DNA of 64,000 nt from Octopus vulgaris (GCA_951406725.2 OX597828.1:53072001-53136000), one strand, 5' to 3'. Shown: positions 28,255 through 40,766, counted from the first letter of the stretch. Made by a program: numbers and translations. Notes: generated by a model not told the origin, from the sequence alone.

Positions 28255-28445
28255 GCACGCATTTTTTTTTCTCTCCTTCTTTCTGTGTTTTTTTTCTCTC
28301 TGTGTATCTTTCTGTTGAAGAGCATAGGCTCGAAACGTTAAAGACTTGTTTTATTTATATTTCCTGAGCGCCATACTAATACAATTGTTTGTTTGTTTCC
28401 CACCTGCCTTCGTCTTTTGTCTATTTTCATAAAGCTTCCCGTTAT
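28255..28445 (+). mobile_element. Family D repeat (Penelope pLTR-like) with a hammerhead-like motif at 28307-28344
   Basis: tcttt-ctgttga-a-gagc-atag-gctc-gaa-acgt-t-aaaga; the downstream sequence aligns with the copies at 313, 17690 and 50525. Confidence 0.7.
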
Positions 28446-28461
28446 ATATGCATATATGTAT

Positions 28462-28523
<62 letters not shown>

Positions 28524-28663
28524 GTGTGTGTGTGTATGTGTATGTGGTGTACTGTTCCATGGTGATAAGTTTAACAAAAAAGTATTCCATCTAGTGAGAT
28601 ATAAATATTACTTGATAAGCACAGTATATGTCTTTATGTGCTACTATTAATTTCATGTGCTGA

Positions 28664-28741
28664 GAGCATGCCAAACAATGTTTTTAACACGTTTGTTGAG
28701 TGTGCTAGGACACCAGACGTGTTAAAAACACTGGCATACTC
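28664..28741. other. 78-nt hairpin
   Basis: tgtttttaacacgtttg (28679-28695) pairs with cagacgtgttaaaaaca (28714-28730); outer stem gagcatgcca/tggcatactc. Confidence 0.7.
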
Positions 28742-28810
28742 GTATCACATAAATATATATATATTATACCTATTAAATAATAATAATAATAATAATAATA
28801 TGTTTATACG

Positions 28811-28882
<72 letters not shown>

Positions 28883-29035
28883 TATATATATATAGGTTCC
28901 ACAGATTTATACACATATATTCCGGTCATTTTCCCTGAGTGTGAAACTTTTGTTGGTCTTTTATCTTTTGTATACTTACATATATGAATATAAATATTTA
29001 CATACATACATATATATATATCTATACATGTACAG

Positions 29036-29322
29036 GACGAGCCGAACAGATGTCAAGCAACAGAACTGGTGGAATGCGACCACATGTTCACAAGACAGAG
29101 CAGAAAACCACGCGCGTTCGAACAGTCCTAAACGAAAAGCAACTCCACACACTGCGCACCTGTTACAATGCCAACCCACGACCGGACGCTCTAATGAAGG
29201 AACAACTAGTCGAAATGACTGGCCTCAGTCCCCGGGTTATACGCGTTTGGTTCCAGAACAAGCGATGTAAAGATAAAAAAAAGAATTTACTAATGAAGCA
29301 AATGCAACAACAACAGGAAAAG
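29036..29322 (+). CDS. Isl1: Islet gene, homeodomain exon
   Basis: Acceptor tacag (AG 29034-29035), phase 1 compatible with the previous exon. Reads [96 protein letters not shown], the diagnostic Islet homeodomain. Donor gtgact at 29323 (phase 0). The exact 5' boundary could instead be 29042. Confidence 0.95.
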
Positions 29323-29446
29323 GTGACTATCAACTCCGTCTTCTTTTCTATATTGTTTTATATGTTGTTCGAATTTGGTGTTGTTTTTTTATTATTACTG
29401 TACGGTTGTACACAAATATATGGGTGTATTTTGCGTGTGTGCTTGT

Positions 29447-29477
<31 letters not shown>

Positions 29478-29571
29478 AACATGTACGTGTGTGTATGTAT
29501 ATATATGCATGTATATATGTATGTGTATAAAGGATTACATATATACATGTATATATCTATGTATATAAAAG

Positions 29572-29632
<61 letters not shown>

Positions 29633-29668
29633 CACACACACATATTTTTGTATGTGTATGTATGTATG

Positions 29669-29702
<34 letters not shown>

Positions 29703-29960
29703 CATATAGAGAAAGAGACAGACAGACAGACAGTACAAAAACTTTCTGATCACTTTTTTAACCTATTTGTTTAGATAACCATCGTTTCATAACATTATAC
29801 ACGACGCATATATACCACGTGTGTGTGTGTGTGTGTGTTTAATGCAAGCGCACATATACACAAGCATATACATTTACAACTATGGAATCACAAACACATG
29901 CAGGTATGTATATATATATAGGCTTATATGCAAATATGTATGTATATATATGTATGTGTA

Positions 29961-30026
<66 letters not shown>

Positions 30027-30722
30027 TATACATGTATATATATATATATAGAGAGAGAGAGAGTGAGAGAAAGAGAGAGAGAGAGAGAGAGGCATACACA
30101 CCACACTTGACCGCACAGACCAGCACACAGACAGATACACAGTCGCACGCGCGTACATATATAATGTAGTCGCACATGCGCATCATTCTCACTATTAATC
30201 TCACAGACACTTCACCCCCCACCCACGTCTCACCTCGAACACACCCTCGAAGTTGAACATATCTTTGCAATCTGAGAGAGCGAAGAACGGCGAGTTCTGC
30301 TCGACCGAACACAATTCGATCTGATGACGGCCCCTTGTGGGGTTAGTGTAGTCAAACTCGTCACACATCACATAATTGTCACCATGTGTGGGCCTTAGGG
30401 ATCTGCATATAAAAGTGGGTTTCCATGGTTCAAAGTCAAAAGTGTATGATGGAGGAGGAGGTGGTGCAAGGTGGGGGTGGCGTGGGGCGGAGGTGTGTGT
30501 TAGCGTGATCTTCAAGGAGCGCTCCCGGTTCAGCATTGTCGTATACAGCTATTCTATATATATATGCAGCGACGCATATGCTTGTGTGTTTGTGTGTGTA
30601 TATATATATATATAAATGGATATGTGTGTGTGTGTATGTGTGTCCATATGATATGTGCATACACAAACAAACATACATAATTGATAATAGACATTTTCTG
30701 TATGTATAGATGAACACTGACA

Positions 30723-30757
<35 letters not shown>

Positions 30758-31114
30758 GCGTATATGTGTGTGTATGTGTGTTTGTGTGTGTGTATACTAT
30801 ACATACATGTGTGAGGAGGAGCACCTGAATGTGTATCTATCTGGTACACAAACATACACGAGTGATAATAAATATTTTCTGTATGTATATATGTATATAC
30901 AAAGAGAGAGAGAGAAAGAAAAAAAGAGATAAGCATATATATACGTATAGTTTTTTACACATGTGCTATACATGTGTGTGTGTGTGTGCATGTGCGTGTG
31001 AATATATATACACGCATATACATACATACAAAAATTGCACGCATTTGTATATAGATATTAATGTTAGTTTATAATACATTAGCAGATGAACTAATAGACA
31101 GAAAACAAAGTCAA

Positions 31115-31149
<35 letters not shown>

Positions 31150-31436
31150 TTTATGTGTATCTGTGTGAGTGTGTTTGTGTGTGAATTGCATGTGTGCGTT
31201 TACGTGTGAGGTCATATATCCATGCATACACGCACATATCTAAATTTGCAGTGTTTATGTCTTACTAACACGCGCGCTTCTATAAATAACTGAATACATA
31301 TATGCACAATTATATATGTATTTGCATCCACGTGGTTCCAGGTTTAGTCCCATTGTGCGGTACCATACACCTTTGTTCGAGTAATCCTTCTTCTGTGAAT
31401 TTGATAATTCCTGAGGCCCGCCCTATACATACACGC

Positions 31437-31486
<50 letters not shown>

Positions 31487-31554
31487 GCGCGCGCGCACGA
31501 GATTATGTATACATCCGCACGTTTGCATTGGTCTGAAAAAAAATGAGAAAATGG

Positions 31555-31890
31555 TCACCACATGGTTCCGGGTTCAGTCCCACTGCGTGGCACCTTGGGC
31601 AAAGCCTTGCGTGTGGATTTGGTAGACGGAAACTAAAAGAATCCCGCCCTATATATGTATATGTATATATATATTTGTGTGTGTTTGTGTGTCTGTGTTT
31701 GGCCCACCAACATCACTTGACAACCGATGCTGGTGTGTTTACATCCTCGTAAATTAGCGGTTCGGCATAATAGATTGATAGAATAAGAACTAGGCTTACT
31801 AAGAATAAGACCTGGGGTCGATTTGCTCGATCGACTAAAGGCGGTGCTCCGGCATGACGGCAGTTAAATTACTGAAACAAGTAAAAGAGA
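31555..31890 (+). mobile_element. SINE family B (CORE-like) copy
   Basis: ggttccgggttcagtcccactgcgtggcaccttgggcaa...ggtagacggaaact...aaggcggtgctccggcatgacggcag...gaaacaagtaaaaga. Confidence 0.85.
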
Positions 31891-32424
31891 TCTAATAGTA
31901 CCAACATTAAAAAAATAATAATAATCACTAGTGCCAATCTGATCAAAACTCTTCAAAGTATTGCTCCAGCATGGCCGCAATTCAATGGCCGAAAGAAGTA
32001 AAAAAGTAAAATAAAAATACCTTTCGTTTTCATGACCTTTTCTTGCATACATACATACACAAACACACACACACACACACACATATATGCACACAGAGGT
32101 TTATTTTTTACTATGTTGCCTCGTTTGCAAGCAACTACCGCCATCGTGAGACGATGATCGCCGCCGACACATCAGCCACCACCACCACCACCACTACAAC
32201 AATAAACAATAACACTAACAGCAACAGCAACAATGGACCCCTCCCCCCAGCCTCCGCCTCTTCCTTTAGAAACCAGTCACCACAATTTAATTAGTTGATG
32301 GTGTTGTTTTTTGAGTTTATCTCTCTTGGTTCAGCGTTGACATCTTGCCAATAACATCAACATGGTGGACATCACGACCATCATCATCATCATCATCACC
32401 ATCATCAACATCATCATCATCATC

Positions 32425-32456
<32 letters not shown>

Positions 32457-32585
32457 CATCAACATCATCATCATCATCTTCTCTTTCTCTCTCTCTCTCT
32501 GCCTCCCTCTCTCATGCGCGCGCACTATTGTGTCGTGGTCGTCATGGCTGTGATTGTCACTATCGTCAGCGACATTGCCGACGTT

Positions 32586-32617
<32 letters not shown>

Positions 32618-33229
32618 TGCTACTATATTTGTTGTCATCAGAATCACTGTTTCTATCTAGCTTGCCTTGCTTCATCGCCCTGCTGCTGCTGCCGCTGCCG
32701 CTGCTGCCGATGATGAATGTGACGATGAAGGAAGATGACAATGATGACGATGACGATGATGATGATGGTTATGATGGTTGATCCACGCCACCATTATCCT
32801 TATTTTTGCTGCTGCTGCTGTCGCTGCTGTTGCTGTCACAACAGCAACATAAGCAGCAGCTTTACACTTCAATGATTTCGAGGTCCTCTCACTGCCACCA
32901 CCACTGTCGTTGCCGCCACCGCCACCACCACCACCACCACTTACCCCACTTCACCCACGACTACACCCATTTTTAACTGCCTCTTCTCACACCCCAGTAT
33001 CACCACCACCACTACCACCGCCACCACCACCATCACGACCATCACCATCATCATCACCAGCAGTAACAGCATCATCAGCAGCAGCAGTGGTACCAACAGC
33101 AACATTAATATATAAATAACTCCAGTCAACTGCAAATGCAGCAGCGGAAGACCAGGAGCAGCAGTAATAACAATAGCAACCACCACCACCACCACCACCA
33201 CCACCACCAAACTCCACAACTACTACCAC

Positions 33230-33352
33230 TACCACCACCACCACTACTACAACTACCACCATCACTACCACCACCACCATTACTATTACTACCAATTCTC
33301 CAACTACTATTATCACTACCACCACTACCTTCACTACTACTACTACTACTAA

Positions 33353-33393
<41 letters not shown>

Positions 33394-33508
33394 TTAATAC
33401 TACTACTACTACTATTACTACTACTACTATTAATACTACTACTACTACTATTACTACTACTACTACTATTAATAATACTACTACTACTATTACTACTACT
33501 ACTATTAA

Positions 33509-33546
<38 letters not shown>

Positions 33547-33550
33547 TTAA

Positions 33551-33597
<47 letters not shown>

Positions 33598-33630
33598 ATA
33601 CTACTACTACTACTACTGCCAGTATTATTA
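33230..33630. repeat. (CTA)n-based trinucleotide microsatellite
   Basis: Direct reading; source of the poly-L and poly-V ORFs. Confidence 0.9.
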
Positions 33631-34776
33631 TAACTATTGCTATATCAAGGACAGCAAAAACCCACATCACAACTGCCAGCGTTCCAATCACCCATACTAC
33701 CACCAACACCAACACCACCACTTCGTCTACCACCACCTTATCATCGCTAGAATAACGACGATAACAGCGATAACCACTACTTTTACCACAACCTCAGCTA
33801 CAATAACAACAACAACAACAACAACAATATCTCACCAAACATGAAATAAAATAATAAAAAAGAAAAAGGAATCAGAAAGGCAACTCCATTAGCTTAATGA
33901 AAAATGCTGCAATCATCATCGGCTCCCACAGTCAGCATCACCATTAACACCGCCATCACCACCGACGCCGCCGCCGCCGTCATCATTAATACCATTACCA
34001 CCACCTCCACCCTCACCATTGCCACCATCACTATCGCCATCACCACCACCACACTCACCGCCACCATAATCGCCATCACCACCACCACCTTCACCACCAC
34101 CACCTCCACCCTCGCCACCTCCATCCTCACCACCTCCACCCTCGCCATCTCCACCACCCTAGCCAATACTACAATCCTCGCTACGACCACTACCCTCGCC
34201 ACCACCACCACTATCGCCATCACCACCATATCCCCCCTCGCCACTTCCACCACCCTCGCCAAAACCACCACCCTCGCCGCCACCACTACTATCGCCATCT
34301 CCACCATCTCCACAGTCGCTACCACCACCATCGCCACCACCACCATCTCCACCACTACCACTACCGCGATCCCCATTCTACCATCTCCGTCATTTCCTCT
34401 ATCCAAACCGTTACAACCGTCCCCCCCACCACCACCACCACTCCGATCCGTCCACCCTCTCCCCATTCCTAAATCACCACCCATCCACCCCGCACATTCA
34501 ACACTGGTTCGGCTCCCACCGGGTATAACATTCCTTCCCCTTATACACTCAATGTCGTCAGCGAAATAACAAGATGGCCGCCGCCACACGTTTATATTTC
34601 GCCTGCAGAAACACCCTGCCTACCCTGCCCACCACCACTCTATAAATCTTCGTGCATATTCGACGAAATTCCGGTGCATCATCATCATCATCATCATCAC
34701 CATCATCAGTACCATTACCACAACCTCCATCATAGTCTTCAACATCAAGATCGTCATCGTCAGCAGCAGCATCCGT

Positions 34777-34851
34777 GGAGGCGCAATGGCCCAGTTGTTA
34801 GAGCAGCGGACTCGCGGTCGTAAGAATGCGGTTTCGATTCCCAGACCGGAC
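34777..34851 (+). mobile_element. SINE family C, tRNA-like head (interrupted)
   Basis: Aligns with 20460-20535; the body resumes at 35441. Confidence 0.85.
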
Positions 34852-35440
34852 AGTGCACCTTTAAATATGGTTTCTGATTATAAATATCTTGGGTCATACA
34901 TATCATCATCTGGAAAAGACTTTCTAACTAGAAAGGGTATGGCCTGGTCAGCCTGTAATGACATGCATAAGATCTGGTCATCAAATCTAAGTAGAGACTT
35001 CAAACTTGAAATATTCAAAGCCACAGTCGAACCAATCCTACTATATGGCTCAGAAACCTGGACGTTATCAAAGAAGCTTGAGAGGCGGTTGGATGGAACC
35101 TACACTCGCCTCCTTATGAGAGCTCAAAATCTCTCGTGGAGGCGCCATCCAACTAAAATGCAAATATATGGGAAATTACCACCTGTGTCATCTCTTGTGA
35201 AAGGTAGGAGAGTCCAGTTTGCTGGACATTGTTGTAGAGCTGAAAAAGATGTAATTTCTACTCTTCTCCTCTGGAAGCCATCTACTCGCAATACCAGAGG
35301 GCGCACACTCTCCTACCCTGATGTAATCTCCAGGCATCCAGCAACAGGACCTCCGTAATGCTATGATGGACCGTGAAGTCTGGCGCAACATGGTAAATTC
35401 CATTGTCTCGACCACGCTCGAACAATGATGATGATGATGA
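34852..35440 (+). mobile_element. 5'-truncated RTE-clade LINE (reverse transcriptase C-terminal region) with a (TGA)n tail
   Basis: Reads DYKYLGSYI...VEPILLYGSETWTLSKKLERRLDGTYTRLL...RRVQFAGHC. One frameshift near 35335, then IQQQDLRNAMMDREVWRNMV...EQ* running directly into (tga)n. Confidence 0.9.
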
Positions 35441-35545
35441 TGTGAGTGTTTATTGAGCAAACACACCTAAGCCCCACGAGGCTCCGGCGGGAGGTGGGAA
35501 AGTGAACCCCTGCTGTACTCTTTCAGCACGATTTTCTCTCACTCT
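35441..35545 (+). mobile_element. SINE family C, body resumed after the RTE insertion
   Basis: tgtgagtgtttattgagcaaacacacctaagccccacgaggctccggc...cctgctgtactctttc aligns with 20537-20645. Confidence 0.8.
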
Positions 35546-35874
35546 TTGTCATACTTCTGCCACAAAGCAGAGGAACCATGCTGTAATCCACTATGGTGTG
35601 GTAAACTTCTAGACCCTAGTCTAGATTGCGAATCCTCTGTACCCCAGGATGGTTAAGCTCTCCACCCGTTATAAGCCACCGTTTACGAACCCTCTGTACC
35701 CCGCGGCAGCGGTGATAGTGGTGGTGAGGATGGAGGTGGTGATAGTGGTGGTAAGGATGGAGGTGGTGGTAGTGGTATTAATGATGACGGTGATGGTGAT
35801 GGTGGCGGCGGCGGGGGTGGTGTTAATGGTGGTTCTGACGGCGGGAGTCTATGATATTTGTAACATCTTTCATT

Positions 35875-36066
35875 TAAGTCGATATAGTGGATAGATCGAT
35901 TACATCGACTCCAGTGCTCAACTGGTACTTATTTTATCTACCCCGGAAGAGCAAAATACAAAGTCGACCTCGGCGGAAATTTGAACTCGGAACGTAAAGA
36001 CGAACGAAATACCGCAGAGTACTTTGTCCGGTGTGTTAACGATTTCATCAACCCGTTCGTCACCTT
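35875..36066 (-). mobile_element. SINE family A copy
   Basis: actggtacttattttatc...aaagtcgacctcggcggaaatttgaactcggaacg. Confidence 0.8.
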
Positions 36067-36613
36067 AGGGTCCAACTAACCTTGGTTTCATATTTGGTCT
36101 CAAATTTTGGTACAAGGCCAGCAATTTCGATTGAATCGGTTCCAGTATTCAATAATAATTTTTGAAAATAACTGAAACAAAAAACAGCTTTCAGGCTCAA
36201 CATTGTACATTAACTTCCATGTTTGGCTTGCTATCCTCCTCCTCCTCCTCCGCCGCCGCCGCCTTCTTAGCATCAGCATTAATAATAGTTGTTACGGCTG
36301 CTGCTGCTGCTTCTGACGTTGATGGTGTGACCGAAGGACCCATCCCCAACTCGTGAATAATATTTCATATTGATTGGGTACCCTTTTTTTTTTGTTACCT
36401 GACAAGCGGTACCACAGCGTACGCACACAAACACATGCACACACACGCGCACACACATGTATAGTAGTAGACACGATCATAACTATAAATATATATAAAT
36501 GCATAAAACATAAACGTACACACATAATCACATACATTTACAAGCAATAGGGTCTCGAACACATACGTACATAACACACCTTCCTTTTATGCATCCAACC
36601 ACGTGTGCATGTG

Positions 36614-36664
<51 letters not shown>

Positions 36665-36710
36665 GTGTGTGTGTGTTTATTCATATACTATACCAATAAA
36701 TGTATATATA

Positions 36711-36866
36711 TCATCATCATCATCATCATCGTTTAGCGTCCGTTTTCCATGCTAGCATGGGTTGGACGGTTCTACTGGGGTCTGTGAAGCCAGAAGGCTT
36801 CATCAGGCCCAGTCAAATCTGGCAGTGTTTCTACGGCTGGATGCCCTTCCTAACGCCAACCACTCC
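36711..36866 (-). mobile_element. 3' fragment of a further retroposon with an (ATG)n tail
   Basis: The minus strand reads ggttggcgttaggaagggcatccagccgtagaaac...ggacgctaaacgatgatgatg, inserted in (TA)n. Family not assigned. Confidence 0.55.
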
Positions 36867-36868
36867 AG

Positions 36869-36938
<70 letters not shown>

Positions 36939-37310
36939 TATATATATGTATATATATATATACACACACATATATTTATATATATATACATAGGTACATT
37001 TATATATATAAATATATAGGTACATTTATATATATAAATATATAGGTACATTTATAGATATATATATAAATATATAGGTATATTTATATATATACATACA
37101 TGCATATATATATATACACACACAAACACACACACTGATATTTATGTGTATATAAACACACAGATACACATACACACACACAGATAAATATAAACACACG
37201 CATATATATAGATAGATATATATATATATATGTATCTATGTATTTCAATGCACACTCAAATGTGTGTGTTTAATTACGCGCGCGCGCGCACGGACACAAA
37301 CACACACACA

Positions 37311-37355
<45 letters not shown>

Positions 37356-37448
37356 GCACACTAAAACAATAATATATGTTCTGTACCGAATCATTTATAT
37401 TCACACGCATTTGAGTTGAAGTGTGCATGCATGAAGCTCTCTCACTCA

Positions 37449-37501
<53 letters not shown>

Positions 37502-37515
37502 TCTCCCCTTATATG

Positions 37516-37572
<57 letters not shown>

Positions 37573-38698
37573 CTATATCCGCCTTTTGTTTGCTGGATAT
37601 TTTCCTTGTACATTTTTTCCATGTAGCTATAAAATATGCATAAGTGATCACGTGAGCATGTGAATTTCTATTAATCTGCATGAGAAAGCATGTTTTATTG
37701 AGAAAAGTGTATTGATTGAAGCGATTCCAAAGCGTGTTCCCACCAGCCACACATAGAGACACACGCTGAGTGGGACTGGAGGGGGCGGGCGTGGTGGTGG
37801 GCCCTCTGTGAGTGTGGGTGAGTGTGTGTGTGTGGTGGCAGCGACGGTGCACTAACTATCCTCTTTCTCTCTGTGTAGACGAAAACCAGCGATACACACA
37901 CAATGTAGGTACGTGCATAATAATATATATATATACAAGCATCCATCCCTCCATATATATATATATATATATACATGTGTGTGTGTGTGTTCATAAACGA
38001 GCCTCAATACGTACACACATACGTACATAATACACACATATGTTTTGCGTGAGTGTGTGCATAAATGTACCTGAATACATGCATGGCACGTGTGTGTGTG
38101 TGTGTGCATGTGTGTGTGTGTGTACGCACGCCTGCAATTGAATATTGTGCGGTCTTTATTCACCTACACCCACCCACAAAAATACACTAGCACACACATA
38201 CATAAGCACCCTCATCATAGTATAATACATTCACGCACGAGAATAGAATGCGTATAAAAATACATACGCACATACACTTCGAGGGCTTGCTTCTTTGTAG
38301 TCTCTTGTCTTGCTAGAAACAACAGCCAAATCATCCTCAAAACCACATATCACTGTTCCAAATGGTGGTCACGGCTGGAGTGCCGTTGTTGGTTTCAGTT
38401 TTGCCTCATAGGGGTGAACAACAAGTTAAGCATATTTACGTATACCTACGCACACATACATCTGCACGTGTGCATATATATATGTATATATATATATATA
38501 TATGTGTGTGTATAAAATGTTTGTCAGTACATTGTAAGTATATGTTTCCTAATGTTCCTTACATATATATATATATATATATATGTAAGACTAAAATATT
38601 GCTCAGAAGGACATTACATGTAATACGTGGACATGATCATCCCTCATCAGTTATCGGTCAAAAATGAGCACAATTTCGCTCCATTATAGACACACACA

Positions 38699-38759
<61 letters not shown>

Positions 38760-39229
38760 ATACATGCACAGACATAACTAAGCTAGTATAAATTCATACA
38801 TGTGTGTGTGTACAAACTCACGAAGGTACATATATCTATACATCCGCCAATCATTAGATTTATAAACCTACAAAAATTTTCTGAGTCTGCCCCTTCAAAC
38901 CGCACAGTTGTGACACAGTCTTCTAATTATTCTTTATTGTTTAGCGACATCCAGACTTTCATTGGCCAAAGGGTTTCTTGTTCTAGTTATACTTAATGCA
39001 GCTATACTCTATGTATTTATTTATCAATTTATGTTTGCGTAAAATATTTGTTAGAAAATATGTGTTGGTTTACAGTTTTTGCTGCTAGTTTTACACTCGT
39101 GCATATATTTTTACGTCTTAAACAATCAGTCTTTTTCTCTCGCACTGTCTATGAATTTCAACGTACATCTATGCATAAATATATATATATACATGCATGT
39201 ATGTAGGCATATGTATATACCTGTATGTG

Positions 39230-39308
<79 letters not shown>

Positions 39309-39334
39309 ATGGATGGATGGATGGATAGATAGAT

Positions 39335-39475
39335 AAGTTTCTTTATTGGCCACACAGGGCTGCACACAGATGGGACAAGTTACAAGGTAGAGCTTTTCTT
39401 TTGGGGGATGAAAAAAAGGGGGTGGCGTAGGTTTTCGATCAAGAGGGATCGTAAAAGGGAAGAAAAGAACAAAAA
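39335..39475 (-). mobile_element. Probable LINE 3' UTR remnant
   Basis: The minus strand is pyrimidine-rich and ends ccttgtaacttgtcccatctgtgtgcagccctgtgtggccaataaagaaa, a terminus shared with SINE A2. Confidence 0.5.
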
Positions 39476-39561
39476 AAAAGAAGAAAGAAAAAAAATAGAA
39501 TAAAAAATAAAAAGAATAAAAGAAAGAAAAAAAAAGAAAGGGAAAGGAACAAAAGAAAAGA

Positions 39562-39638
39562 GGATGGATGGATGGATGGATGGATGGATGGATGGATGGA
39601 TGGATGGATGGATGGATGGATGGATGGATGGATGGATG

Positions 39639-39729
<91 letters not shown>
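39562..39729. repeat. (GGAT)n(AGAT)n compound microsatellite
   Basis: Direct reading. Confidence 0.95.
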
Positions 39730-39730
<1 letters not shown>

Positions 39731-40387
39731 TACGTATATATACATACAGTTAAAAACATATCTCTGGATTGCATTTCATGTATTCGTGTGTGTGCTACAT
39801 ATTTTCAAGTCTATCTATCTACCTCTTTATACACACACACATAAATATGTATGCATGTATGTATATATGCATGCATGCATATATGTATGTATGTATAAAC
39901 TCATGCATATCTTTTTTTATACACGTATATACTAGTGCACGTTTGTACGAGTGAACGTATATATCTGTGTGACTATCTCCTTTCAATTTACCGTCCCATC
40001 CAAGCTTATTAACTTGAACATAGAATATATATACTCGTAGTATTATTTGTAGGCGTAGGTCTGTATCCCTAATATGTGTATATACACACATACACAACGG
40101 ATTTCATAAAAATGTTTTTGTGTTTACAAACATTCACAAGCAAAATATTATTATAGGATACCCAAGCATCAGCGTATATACATCCACCTTGTGTAGAATT
40201 AATTACACAGCTGTGTGTGTGTGTGCATGTGTGTGTGTGCGCGTGTGTGTGTGTGTGTGTGTTCGTAGGTGTCTCTCTTTGAAATAAACGCCTGGCAGGT
40301 ATAAATTATGTATATGTGAGATGTCAAAGCAAATACTTTTTTTATCAGTTTAGATGTGCGTATGAAATATGCGTACATATATACAAC

Positions 40388-40438
<51 letters not shown>

Positions 40439-40519
40439 GTATGTATATATATATATAAATCTAAATTTTGCTGAATATATATATATGCACTCAAAGGATA
40501 TATTCAAATTTATGTATGC

Positions 40520-40562
<43 letters not shown>

Positions 40563-40714
40563 CGTGTGTACACGCATGCATAAACACACACACACACACA
40601 CACATATGGATATTTATATGGATGTTTCTATGTATAGAGAAGATGGATTGATCATCAGTCTGACATTCAGATGAAGAGAGATAGAGAGACAGAGAGAGAC
40701 AGTCAGAGACACAC

Positions 40715-40766
<52 letters not shown>

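Larger units (their letters stand above)
33893..35878. repeat. Diverged long inverted repeat (arms about 33893-34060 and 35710-35878) enclosing a nested SINE/LINE
   Basis: tgaaaaatgctgcaatcatcatcggctcccacagtcagcatcaccattaacacc versus reverse-complemented tgaaagatgttacaaatatcatagactcccgccgtcagaaccaccattaacacc: 43/54 identical by hand count. Confidence 0.75.

Noticed and set aside
30320-30365. ctgatgacggcccc...caaactcgtc
   Set aside because: It lacks the G of GAAA and a coherent stem II/stem I.
33904-34569. 221-aa Thr-rich mucin-like ORF
   Set aside because: It is degenerate (CAC)n minisatellite, open on both strands, with no signal peptide or splice context, and forms part of an inverted-repeat arm.
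36780-36808. Minus-strand CUGAUGA followed by an AGCC/GGCU hairpin
   Set aside because: No GAAA follows the stem, so it is not a hammerhead.
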